Of a stretch of DNA of 64,000 nucleotides, positions 53,247 to 63,193 are shown piece after piece (the stretch's first letter is position 1; each line of letters opens with the position of its first letter). Origin of the DNA: Escherichia coli (lineage in GTDB: Bacteria; Pseudomonadota; Gammaproteobacteria; Enterobacterales; Enterobacteriaceae). The stretch is from the NCBI RefSeq assembly GCF_011045215.1, contig NZ_CP049201.1. The stretch is one strand, 5' to 3'. The position numbers were made by a program, and so were the translations under genes. Below the pieces are notes generated by a model. It had not been told where the DNA came from. It did no database searches and worked only from the letters and a program-made list of their open reading frames with translations.

Positions 53247-54140
53247 AAAGCGGTAGAAAAAGTTAAGTTCCCGGTTGATCGAATGGATGCGAATCGCTGA
53301 TCGAACTTCGATGCCAATCCGTGATCGAATAGAGCGGAATACGCATTCTGCCATTACCCACAATGCGCGGTTGAGCTTAATATCGGTGTCGATGTTGTGA
53401 ATGGCACGGGTGTGGATACGTTTTCCTTTTGCACTGCGGCCGGAAATCCCGCCTTTCAGCATATTCTCCTGGATGGTCTGATAAGTACTCCACAGGTCCT
53501 TACCGTAATCCTCCCGGCGTCGTGGCGTCAGAATGTCGGCGGTGGTGACGGGCCGATGTTCGTCACCATAACGGTAAGTCAGTGCCGCCTGTGCCAGCGC
53601 CTGGCGTGCCGGTGGCGGCAGGACCAGCGACTGCATGGCATCACGCTTCTCCTCTATCCGGTCAAACACGCCCACCACCTCGTAAGCCCCTTCAATGACT
53701 CTGTCCACCACATTTCCCCGATGCGGAACACGCACTTCCCCCAGAGACTGACCACAGACGCATCCGTTCTGACAGACGAACCTGAAGTAACCCGGCAGCA
53801 TCTGGTAGCTGGAGGTACCGTCATGGGAGTTGAGCAGAATGATTTCAGGGACATGTTCTCCGTTTATCTCTCCGGCCCGCCGCAGACGCAGCATGTGTTT
53901 TGTGTATCCCCGGCGGCCCGGGTCGCGCACACGGGTCTGGCAGGCGAAGAATGGCTGAAAGCCTTCCCGCTGCAGGCTTTCCAGTACGGTGATGGTGGGG
54001 ATGTACGTATAGTTCTGGCTTCGGGACGTGTGTTTCTCTTCCCCGAAAATCCCCGGCACATAGTGCATCAGTTCTTCGTGTGTCAGCGGACGGTCACGGC
54101 GTATCTGGTTCGCATAACCAAAACGACTGGCTAGTCGCAT
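53169..54140 (-). pseudogene. DUF932 (YafZ/YfjQ-family) gene with 3' end replaced by IS21-family terminal sequence
   Basis: ORF 53169..54140; first about 260 codons look like YafZ family (MRLASRFG...KLNRAL); after about 53356 the reading frame runs into the IS end and continues as unrelated sequence. Confidence 0.7.
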
Positions 54141-54297
54141 AATTTGCTCCTTATCGGTGGTTAAGATTTACTGGTGTAATAAATGAAAAAGCCACGTCTC
54201 CCGGAGAAGACGCGGCCTGACAGATGAAATGAATGACGTTTATTGTCTGAGAAGCCCTTAACTGGCGAGCTGAGTATTAAGCTGTGTTCCGGCATCA

Positions 54298-54489
54298 CTA
54301 GCGCAACTGACCTTCAGCATTACGGATAACCAGCCGGGAATATGTTCCCTGGTCATCTTCAGTAAACACATTGCGGTAAGCTGTTTTGACGACAACAGCC
54401 TGTTCGCGTGAGAAAGGGCCTTCGGGCAATAAACGTGATGTACAACCCGGCATATCTGTTGCTCCCTGAAAGTAAAAGGCCCCGGTCAT
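54298..54489 (-). CDS. Hypothetical small protein, 63 aa (doubtful)
   Basis: ORF track only; lies between the Ag43 remnant and the yafZ-like gene; no recognisable motif. Confidence 0.2.
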   Translation of the reverse strand: MTGAFYFQGATDMPGCTSRLLPEGPFSREQAVVVKTAYRNVFTEDDQGTYSRLVIRNAEGQLR

Positions 54490-54523
54490 GATGACCGGGG
54501 CCTGAAGGAGAGTGACCTGATTA

Positions 54524-54595
54524 TCAGAAAGTCACATTCAGCGTGGCCTGACCGTTATAACCTTCAGCGCTGCTGCCGCTGACGCTGTGGGCATA
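54524..54595 (-). pseudogene. flu: 3'-terminal remnant of an autotransporter gene, consistent with antigen 43 (flu)
   Basis: Minus strand encodes [23 protein letters not shown]-stop, a typical autotransporter beta-barrel C-terminus ending in Phe; upstream reading frame is unrelated. Confidence 0.6.
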
Positions 54596-54754
54596 CCGGC
54601 AGGTACAAAACAGCATGGTCAGATAAAGTGGTTTTTCCCGGACATAAATGCTTCCCCTCTCTCATCCGCCAGAGAAGTATCAGTCCGTTGTGTGCAATTC
54701 CGTTCTGCATGATGAAGAGATTCAGCTGCCTTTTCGCAGACCATTAACCACTAT

Positions 54755-54800
54755 AAACGATCGATAGTAACGATCGATACCTGTTTTATCGATCGTTTTA
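54755..54800 (-). promoter_or_regulatory. Cluster of three GATC (Dam) sites in repeated AACGATCGATA motifs; resembles the agn43 phase-variation operator
   Basis: AACGATCGATA twice in direct orientation 13 bp apart plus inverted ATCGATCGTT, directly downstream of the YeeP-like GTPase gene where flu lies in CP4-44. Confidence 0.55.
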
Positions 54801-54912
54801 TTCTATTAACAGCAAGGCAGTCACGCAAGAGAAAGAGGTGGATATGAGGGGGTTGTGTCATGTTTTCAGTTGGTTAACGCAATGTAATCAGGCATTTCCC
54901 CTGGCAGACTGT

Positions 54913-55785
54913 TCAGAAGAAAATCCAGTTCCATACAGCGCGGGCAACAGAGACCACCGAGTCACGGACGGCACGCAGAACCGTGCGTGCAACAGAGGCA
55001 ATACAGACGCTCTCCGCCGTGTCAAATATCCGGTCCACCGCACCGGTAAACTGTTCACGGGCCTGAGACCGGACAGATTCCGTGCGCAGCTCGTCCTGCA
55101 GGCGGGTCATCAGGGGACTGGCGGCATGGTCGGGAAGCGCTGTCATGAGCGCACTGACCAGCATATCCAGTTCCCAGCCGGTGCAGGCCGATACGGCCAC
55201 AACCGGATGTACGGGCCGGAAGAGCCGGAATACCGCATCTGTTTTCTCACGAATGTTCTGTGCCTGTGCGGGAGAAGGCTGAATGCCGGCCATATCCCAT
55301 TCATGGCAGGGCTCCGTTTTGTCGGCCTGCGTCACCACAAACAGCACCTGCTGATGTCCCCGGTGCAGGATGTGTCGCCAGAAATACTCATCCACAGACA
55401 GGGCACGGTCATCGGCTTTAATCAGCCACAGTACCAGGTCAAGTTCAGGCAGAATGTCACGGTACAGGGCTTCATACTCTGCATCCCTGTCCCGGCTCTC
55501 GCCCACCCCGGGCAGGTCAGTGATAACCATGCTGTGACCGTGGCCACTCAGACGGAAGCGCTGCACTTCCCGGGTGCCGGCGTGAACATCACTGACCGGG
55601 GTGACCTCCCCCTGAAACAGTGCATTACAGAGTGAGGATTTACCGGCCCCGCTTTTACCCATAATGCCAATCACGGGTTCGTGACTGGTGAGTTTGCGCA
55701 GATGTTCCAGGATGTGACGGGAAAGTGAGTAAGGCAGGGAGGAGAGCGGTTTTTCAATTGCCTCAATGGCATCAGACGGATTCAT
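54913..55785 (-). CDS. yeeP: YeeP/YkfA/YfjP-family GTPase, 290 aa
   Basis: ORF 54913..55848; start at MNPSDAIEA; G1 motif GKSGAGKSS, G3 DLPG, G4 TQAD. Confidence 0.85.
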   Translation of the reverse strand: MNPSDAIEAIEKPLSSLPYSLSRHILEHLRKLTSHEPVIGIMGKSGAGKSSLCNALFQGEVTPVSDVHAGTREVQRFRLSGHGHSMVITDLPGVGESRDRDAEYEALYRDILPELDLVLWLIKADDRALSVDEYFWRHILHRGHQQVLFVVTQADKTEPCHEWDMAGIQPSPAQAQNIREKTDAVFRLFRPVHPVVAVSACTGWELDMLVSALMTALPDHAASPLMTRLQDELRTESVRSQAREQFTGAVDRIFDTAESVCIASVARTVLRAVRDSVVSVARAVWNWIFF

Positions 55786-55800
55786 ACATGTATTCCCGGT

Positions 55801-55842
55801 GAAAAAAGACAAAACCCCCGCACACCGGAAAGGTGGCGGGGG
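55801..55842 (-). terminator. Rho-independent terminator downstream of the frameshifted cargo gene
   Basis: Minus strand CCCCCGCCACC-TTTCC-GGTGTGCGGGGG followed by TTTTGTCTTTTTT; lies between stop at 55870 and GTPase start. Confidence 0.7.
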
Positions 55843-55869
55843 ACTCACGGAGATAATATATGTCTGAAA

Positions 55870-56788
55870 TTATCTGGAATGTCGGTACCTTTTATACTCT
55901 TCAACAATCAGGTCATGCAGCATTTCGCCGGTACTGAGTCTTCTGACCCTCGATAATTCTTTGAGCTGCGCCCTGGTTTCTGCGTCAAGAAAAAACTGTA
56001 CATTGACTTTATCTTCCTGCATTTTTTTGTACTTGCGCTGCGCCTTGGCCTTATTGAAACTGTTTCTGAAATTTTTTATATCGTCAGGTGAGGTGAGTGG
56101 ACAGGTAACCCATATGTCAAATGAAAGGTGAATTGCGTGGTAAATATCAGCAGAACCAGGAAAACTGGCCAGTTTTTCCAGTGCAATATTTTTTCCCTTC
56201 AAATAATTCCATGTCCATATGCATTCATGTTCGTTCTCCGGGAGGAGGTAACTGAAAGGACTCTTTGATTTAAATGCCCGCATCCATCTGTCTTTGGTCT
56301 GGATTATCCACTCATCCCGCAAATTCTTATCAGAAAGAATATCGAGAACTCTGAGTATTTGTCTGAACTGTGTCGATGAGTCCGACGGGAAGGCATTCCC
56401 TTCCAGATACTCTTCTTTAAGATACAGTTTATTCTTTTGAAGCAAGTCTGCGCTTATTTTTGCCCTGTTATTCTGGATAAACTGCATCAACAGATACCAG
56501 GAAAATAAGCATGCGCGTTCACTGCCCGCGATCCAGGATATTTTTTCCAGGGGGACCAGGAAGGCCAGGGCCTTCAGACGCATACCAGAAATTATTTGTT
56601 CAAGTTCAAAATCTGAAAGTGTGATGTTCAGATTTTCTCTGTTTTTTTTTTATGTAAGCGATAAAACGTTCCGGGGGATCATAAACATTAAGGGGCAGTA
56701 CGGAGATATTACGCTCTCCAAGATAATAAGAGTAATACGCATTTGTTCTTTCATTCATAACCTTATCCGACAAAATTTTCTGAACCAT
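55870..56788 (-). pseudogene. AT-rich uncharacterised gene split by a frameshift in an A10 tract; reconstructed product about 305 aa with C-terminal ribbon-helix-helix-like region
   Basis: ORFs 56606..56788 (60 aa) and 55870..56583 (237 aa) are on the same strand; the downstream frame stays open back to the A/T run at 56642..56651; removing one A fuses them; start ATG at 56788 has GGAGA upstream; C-terminus VNVQFFLDAETRAQLKELSRVRRLSTGEMLHDLIVEEYKRY has a beta-strand plus two-helix RHH pattern. Confidence 0.55.
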
Positions 56789-57343
56789 CCTCTTTCTCCG
56801 GCTGCTTAAAAATTAAACATAATAAGGTGATAATAATATGATAAAAAGAAGTTTATAATGGTATATTAAGATGGTCAATAAAAAGGCAATCTGCGCGCTG
56901 TATAGTCATTCTGACAGGAAATGCAGGAGGAAGGGAAGGTAACCGGCTTCGTTATGCTGACAGGAATACCTGTTATCATGGAAGTGCACTCATGTGGCCG
57001 ACGTAGCTTAAGAGGATGGAAGAGTGGAGACTGCAGACAGGGGGTATTGAAAGGTAAACATGTTTCGCCCGCCAGCTGCACCGGGGGCCAGCATCACTTT
57101 TTTTACGTTGTAACCCGGTATGCATTCCGGCTTTGATGATTACAGTCAGAGGGCAGCAGACTGACGTTATTTAACCGGACAGAAAAATTATGGACACTGA
57201 AATATCGTCTGTTAATACCTCGTTTGTCGGTGTGGTATTCCCTGTATTACCGGCGTCACCGATAAAGAGAGTTATAAACGCCAGAAAGGTACCTCCTTTA
57301 TGCCGGGGAACACTTACGGAAAATGAAGTCTGAAAAGGAGCAC

Positions 57344-57472
57344 AATGAAAAGAGGCGTGTCCCGTAAATATAACGAATCATCGCAGGATATACATTATCA
57401 GGTGATACCAGAGGGCATTAAACTGTCGCCACGGATAAGAATATACAACATTTCTGATAACAAAACATCATA
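57344..57472 (+). CDS. Hypothetical small ORF, 42 aa (MKRGVSRKYNESSQDIHYQVIPEGIKLSPRIRIYNISDNKTS)
   Basis: ATG preceded by AAGGAG with a 4-nt spacer; below ORF-track size cutoff; coordinates approximate; no homology known to me. Confidence 0.2.
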
Positions 57473-57988
57473 ACGTGTTTCAGATATGTTCCGGCATCAG
57501 TCTGACGGATATTATTTCCCGGTAAAACAAACCGGCTACTGTAACGGTTAACTGTATCTGCATAAATTATTTATGATGAAAGAACAGTATTACGGATTCA
57601 AATATCATCCTGTTTGCATTCAGGCGGACATTCCCGGATGCCGGAAAGAATATCCTGCAGGCTGAGTGAGTCTCTTCCACAGTGCCGGGATCGCTGTCGC
57701 CACGTACATATTGTCACCAGGATGGGTATGTACCGCAGCATGCCATTTCTGGTGAATAACCGCACCTGCACATTCAGTCTGCTGAGAACCTGGCGTGTAT
57801 CGGGCTGTAAAGAACATCCCTGTCCGTGGCTCCTCTGGTGGTGTTGCCTGCTCAGCAATGACAGGATGCCCTTAAGACGCCCGTCATGGCTCAGTATGAT
57901 GACGACGAACACGCTCTGCAGGTGAGCATGCGGGGCCGGGAGCATCATCATTTCCGTATTTTGTCACACCTTCCGGAAGCAACCGGCA

Positions 57989-58606
57989 TCAGTTGCGGCT
58001 ATCGTCAACCGTTGTGCGGTATGCCAGGAGCACGTACTGATCCATCAGATCCGTCAGTGCTGCGCTCTGCCTCTGACGGTTGATGATCCATTCCTCCAGC
58101 TCTTTTTCTGATTTCCGTTTCAGGTTCTCTTTCCAGTCTTCAAGGCTGTTTCCGGTCATTAAATCAAGCCAGCAAAGCCAGACCAGTTTGAGGCGCAACT
58201 CCGTGCCACCAAACTGACGGAAGAGGCTGATCAGTTTATTTGCCAGAGAACGCTGCCTCAGACGTTCACATTCAGACAGGAGAATGCCTTCCAGCATCGG
58301 ATGATGAACCAGCAGATGTTCACTGGTGCATAAATTCACTATCAGATCATCATCCAGGGGCGGCGTGGCCCGTTTGTCAGGGCCATAAATCAGCCGGTGC
58401 AGGCTCTGGGGTACGATGGCAATCTCCGGTTTTTCACCATTGAATGACACCCAACCGGGCGTCAGATTATGGAAGTCGTAGATATTCGGATGACACACGC
58501 CCCAGGATACGGCGTGCCGGGTGAAGCCGGTCAGCCATTTCTGGTAGCTTTCGTGGAGCCATTCGTAGCGGGTCTGATACTGTTGTTTCATTTTCATATT
58601 CCTCAC
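57989..58606 (-). CDS. Uncharacterised protein, 205 aa, immediately downstream of the alpA-like gene
   Basis: ORF track; same strand and 80 bp from alpA-like stop; no recognisable motif. Confidence 0.5.
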   Translation of the reverse strand: MRNMKMKQQYQTRYEWLHESYQKWLTGFTRHAVSWGVCHPNIYDFHNLTPGWVSFNGEKPEIAIVPQSLHRLIYGPDKRATPPLDDDLIVNLCTSEHLLVHHPMLEGILLSECERLRQRSLANKLISLFRQFGGTELRLKLVWLCWLDLMTGNSLEDWKENLKRKSEKELEEWIINRQRQSAALTDLMDQYVLLAYRTTVDDSRN

Positions 58607-58685
58607 GGGGATATAACAGGCAGCAGAATGCCGCCGGCAGGCCGGGGATTACGTCTGCTGCGGGTGAACGGATAACGGTCAGAAA

Positions 58686-58892
58686 TTACGGGCGGGGCTG
58701 TGCAATACGCGCCTGCAGCCAGGCTTCCACTTCACTTTTCAGCCAGCGGGAGCTGCGGCCCAGCTTGATGGGAGCCGGAAAGGCCCCATCCCTGATGAGC
58801 CTGTAAAACCACTTATCTGTCAGGCCGGTCAGTTGAGTGATAAATGCCATGTCGACCATCTGGTCATCCATCAGTGAAACTGGGGTAGCCAT
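58686..58892 (-). CDS. alpA: AlpA-family prophage transcriptional regulator / excisionase-like protein, 68 aa
   Basis: C-terminal 68 codons of ORF 58686..59087 starting MATPVSLMDD after GGAGG; ITQLTGLTDKWFYRLIRDGAFPAPIKLGRSSRWLKSEVEAWL fits AlpA/Xis-like HTH pattern. Confidence 0.75.
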   Translation of the reverse strand: MATPVSLMDDQMVDMAFITQLTGLTDKWFYRLIRDGAFPAPIKLGRSSRWLKSEVEAWLQARIAQPRP

Positions 58893-59340
58893 GAGAATGT
58901 TCCTCCGGATGTTGTTAAACCAGCCGGTGTGGTCATGAAAACAGCGCGCCACCTTCACCGGCATAACAACCGGGGAGAAACGTAAAAAATAATCGGGAAT
59001 GTGACCGCCAGGAGATAAACGGGGAGGTTGCGGTGGCTGAGCCGTACCGGTATACCGGGTGGTTGTTGCGAAAAGATGCTTCCGCACGCACGCGCGATAA
59101 AGAGGGGATAGTTTTCGTGAGGACAGGGAGAGAAGCAGGCGTTCTGATAATTGCAGAGTTGTTTTCGGAGGTGGTTACAGTGAGTCAGCCCGTTCCTGGC
59201 GAGGAGGAGACTGATATCACCGATGGGATAAGGCTGTCTGATTGGTATTATAAATATAAGAAGTCATCAGAGAGTAACGTAAAGGATTTGCCAGAGTAAG
59301 CTAAGAGAGCAAATCTCTCCGGTAACAGAGCGCTGTGAAT

Positions 59341-59391
59341 CGTTCATGTATCAGAGTGCAGATACATGAACGCTGATGCGTAAAATCAGCA
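59341..59391. other. Two adjacent inverted repeats (perfect 12-bp stem CGTTCATGTATC/GATACATGAACG, then GCTGAT..ATCAGC)
   Basis: Seen directly; no U-tract; possible protein-binding palindrome; coordinates approximate. Confidence 0.4.
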
Positions 59392-59966
59392 GTGACACGC
59401 CAGCTCCCCCTGTGCCCATTCCTGTATAAGACATGAACTGAGCGTATTAATGCTCCTGCCCTGAGACTGAGCCGGTGAGTGAGGGGCTGAGAAATCCCTC
59501 TTGACACTGCTCTAAACCAGAAATACTTCCCCGGTTGTTGCGGTGCGTCCGGATCCCCGATAACGGAACACTAAGGCTGTATTGCGGGACACCTGGTAAG
59601 TGGCAGCCCGTAATACGTCAGGAGACGCGGGAAAAGTGAATTCCCACACGCGTTATAAACTTACCCTTGCGGAGCTGGAAGCCTTTAACTCTGCCGTTGA
59701 CAACCGGCTGGCAGAACTGACAATGAACAAACTTTACGATCGCGCGCCGGCTTCCGTCTGGAAATATGTCACCTGAATATTGAAGCAGCGCTACGATGAC
59801 TCCGGTGTTATCTGCACCGGAGGACCGGGAACATTAAGCGGTATAGCGACAACAAAGAATTCGAAATCAAAAGGGAATGGTGCCGGAGGCGTGGGCGGTA
59901 ATAGGCTGATTTTCAGGTATTACCGGCCTGTATCTGCTGAAGGGGGCTCGTATTTGTCGGGGCTGC

Positions 59967-60003
59967 GTATTCCGCTCGATTCGATCACGGATTGGCGGAA
60001 TAC
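59967..60003. repeat. Orphan fragment resembling the terminal repeat of the IS21-family element
   Basis: GTATTCCGCTCGATTCGATCACGGATTGG closely matches the reverse complement of the right end of the 50.7-53.4 kb IS (CCAATCCGTGATCGAATAGAGCGGAATAC). Confidence 0.5.
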
Positions 60004-60491
60004 CTAACTGTGATTGATTCAGGTACCATTTTGCAGGGATCCGGTGCGTTACTGTCTGGCACAACAAACGCAGCGGGTCGCTCTGCTCCGCCGATTCCTG
60101 ATAATCCCTCCCCAGTAACCTACTGCAACAGTACAAATACACTGACGCCTGAAACGGTAACCAGAATCAGCACCAGCAGTAACTCAGTAAACAGAGCAGA
60201 CGATCGGTCTTCCGGTAATAACCGGAAGGAACGACAGCGCCACAATACAGGCAACACACTGTATTATGAGTAATCGAATTACCGCAATCCCCGCATTTCT
60301 TTTTGCGTATCACGATAGCTCCCTCGCCACGCCTTATCCGTAACCGGTTTTTTACATTAAAAAAAACAACGCCGGGAATTCAATCGTCAGTCCGGAGACG
60401 ACCGTTCGGGTTATCACAGAGAGCCTGAGCAGGGGGGCTGCGCATTTTTTACGATGTGGCTATTCCGTATGAACCATACGGAGATATAACC

Positions 60492-61061
60492 ATGACCTAC
60501 AAATACAACCCCTTCTGGCAGCAACGTATTCGTGAGACGGTGCGGCACGCACTGAATGTTCATCCCCGCCTGACGGCATTGCGGGTTGACCTGCGTTTCC
60601 CGGATGTACCGGCAGCAACGGACGCAGCTGTGATATCCCGCTTCATCAATGCCCTGAAAGCCCGAATCGACGCTTACCAGAAACGTAAGCATCGGGAAGG
60701 TAAACGCGTGCATTCCACAACCCTGCATTACGTCTGGGCCCGGGAGTTTGGGGAGTGCAAAGGTAAAAAACACTATCACCTGATGCTGCTGGTCAACCGG
60801 GATACCTGGTGTCGTGCCGGTGATTACCGCGCTCCGGGATCACTGGCCGGGATGATTAAACAGGCGTGGTGCAGTGCCCTGGGAGTGGATGTCGGGTGCC
60901 ATGCCACGCTGGTGCATTTTCCGGCCTGGCCGGCGGTGTGGCTGGCGCGTAATGATGACACCGGCTTTCAGCAAGTGCTGGAACGTGCTGACTATCTGGC
61001 GAAGGAGCATACCAAAGTTCACTGCACCGGTGAGCGCAACTTTGGCTGCAGTCGTGGCTGA
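60492..61061 (+). CDS. Inovirus Gp2-like / YagK-YfjJ-family protein, 189 aa
   Basis: ORF 60456..61061; start at ATG 60492 after GGAGA; KKHYHLMLLVNRD segment recalled from YagK/YfjJ-type proteins; family assignment from memory. Confidence 0.5.
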   Translation: MTYKYNPFWQQRIRETVRHALNVHPRLTALRVDLRFPDVPAATDAAVISRFINALKARIDAYQKRKHREGKRVHSTTLHYVWAREFGECKGKKHYHLMLLVNRDTWCRAGDYRAPGSLAGMIKQAWCSALGVDVGCHATLVHFPAWPAVWLARNDDTGFQQVLERADYLAKEHTKVHCTGERNFGCSRG

Positions 61062-61226
61062 GCCAGACAGACGAGTTATCTGACTTCAGTGTGATGACGT
61101 GTTCACGGCCACCACACTGATTTTCCCTTATGAGACTGAACTGAAACCGCCATTCACACCGGACCACGCTGCCCGTACCGGGACGGCTGTTGCCTGCGTG
61201 TCGTCTGACGGTAAGGAACATATACT

Positions 61227-61619
61227 ATGTACGCAAAATCCTTTCTCGCTCTTGATGGCAACGGACGTCTGACGGGCGCCCGTACAGCACAGGCCGCACC
61301 TTATGCTCACTACACCTGCCACTTGTGTGGCAGTGCACTCAGATACCATCCGCAATACGACACTGAACTTCCCTGGTTTGAACACACTGACGACAGGCTG
61401 ACAGAGCACGGTCAACAGTGCCCTTATGTCAGGCCGGAGCGCAGAGAAATACAGTTGATTAAACGTCTGCAGCAATTCGTACCGGATGCCTTACCCGTGG
61501 TGCGTAAAGCCAGCTGGCACTGCAGACAATGTCACCACGATTATTATGGGGAGCGGTACTGCACACACTGCCAGACCGGAGGTTTCAGTCTTCCCCGGAC
61601 AGCTCAGCAACTGTCTTGA
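61227..61619 (+). CDS. Cys-rich double zinc-ribbon protein, 130 aa (paralog A)
   Basis: ORF track; CHLCGS...PWFEH then WHCRQCHHDYYGERYCTHCQTG; paralogous to 62783..63193. Confidence 0.55.
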   Translation: MYAKSFLALDGNGRLTGARTAQAAPYAHYTCHLCGSALRYHPQYDTELPWFEHTDDRLTEHGQQCPYVRPERREIQLIKRLQQFVPDALPVVRKASWHCRQCHHDYYGERYCTHCQTGGFSLPRTAQQLS

Positions 61620-61628
61620 ACGTAAAAA

Positions 61629-62597
<969 letters not shown>

Positions 62598-62782
62598 GAT
62601 TACCCATCCTTGCAAATGCGTTATGGCGTACTGACAACTGTTCGGGTTTCAGATGAGTGGCTCAGTGTATGCGCCATTCGCTGAGCTACGGGCTATGAAC
62701 CCCTTGAGGGATCGGGCTGCATACACCTTGCCAAATCTAATCACAGTTATTTTAACCAATTGTCAAGATACAAGGAGGAGAT

Positions 62783-63193
62783 ATGCGAATTCTGAACTGC
62801 TATATGGCGAATGACAGCAAAGGCCATTTTGTTACGGCGAAAGAAGCCGCGAAGCACAACCGACAGGACGTTTTGTGCTGTGTGTCCTGTGGTTGTCCGT
62901 TAACACTTAAGCGGGGAAATGACGGACAACCGCCGTGGTTTGAACATGACCAGATGACTGTTGCTGCGAAAATCCTGCTGCGATGCACCTGGCTTGACCC
63001 GGCAGAGAAAGAGGCCCGTCGTTTGCATCTGCAGGGCATGACGGTTCCGGATTATACGGTGAAGGTGAGAAAGTGGTTTTGTGTGATGTGTGACGAAGAT
63101 TATGAGGGGGAAAAGTGCTGCCCGCGTTGTGGTACTGGGGTATACAGCAGGGAGGGGGGGCTGCAGGAAGGCAACTGGAAGGATAGGAACTGA
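62783..63193 (+). CDS. Cys-rich double zinc-ribbon protein, 136 aa (paralog B)
   Basis: ORF track; CCVSCGCPL...PWFEH then WFCVMCDEDYEGEKCCPRCGTG; same architecture as paralog A. Confidence 0.55.
   Translation: MRILNCYMANDSKGHFVTAKEAAKHNRQDVLCCVSCGCPLTLKRGNDGQPPWFEHDQMTVAAKILLRCTWLDPAEKEARRLHLQGMTVPDYTVKVRKWFCVMCDEDYEGEKCCPRCGTGVYSREGGLQEGNWKDRN

Larger units (their letters stand above)
50708..53360 (+). mobile_element. IS21-family insertion sequence (IstA/IstB type, not IS100), about 2.65 kb
   Basis: Both ends carry repeated GATTTGGCAT / CGATCACG motifs in inverted orientation and an ATGGCA terminal motif; istA and istB inside; no target duplication recognised; ends approximate. Confidence 0.7.

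Noticed and set aside
54298-54489. 63-aa ORF beginning MTGAF, considered as the start of antigen 43 (whose extended signal peptide contains MTGAF)
   Set aside because: Similarity does not extend beyond five residues and the ORF lies downstream, not upstream, of the Ag43 3' remnant; kept only as a low-confidence hypothetical ORF.
56875-58083. Short ORFs (65-117 aa) on both strands in the cargo region
   Set aside because: Mutually overlapping, low-complexity or Cys/Arg/His-rich translations typical of random frames in GC-rich DNA; no start signals.
59033-60273. Several 60-95 aa ORFs on both strands between the alpA-like and Gp2-like genes, and a roughly 60-codon frame ending [15 protein letters not shown]
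   Set aside because: Overlapping, no ribosome-binding sites or motifs; the region looks like decayed or non-coding DNA. Not excluded as gene remnants but not supportable as features.
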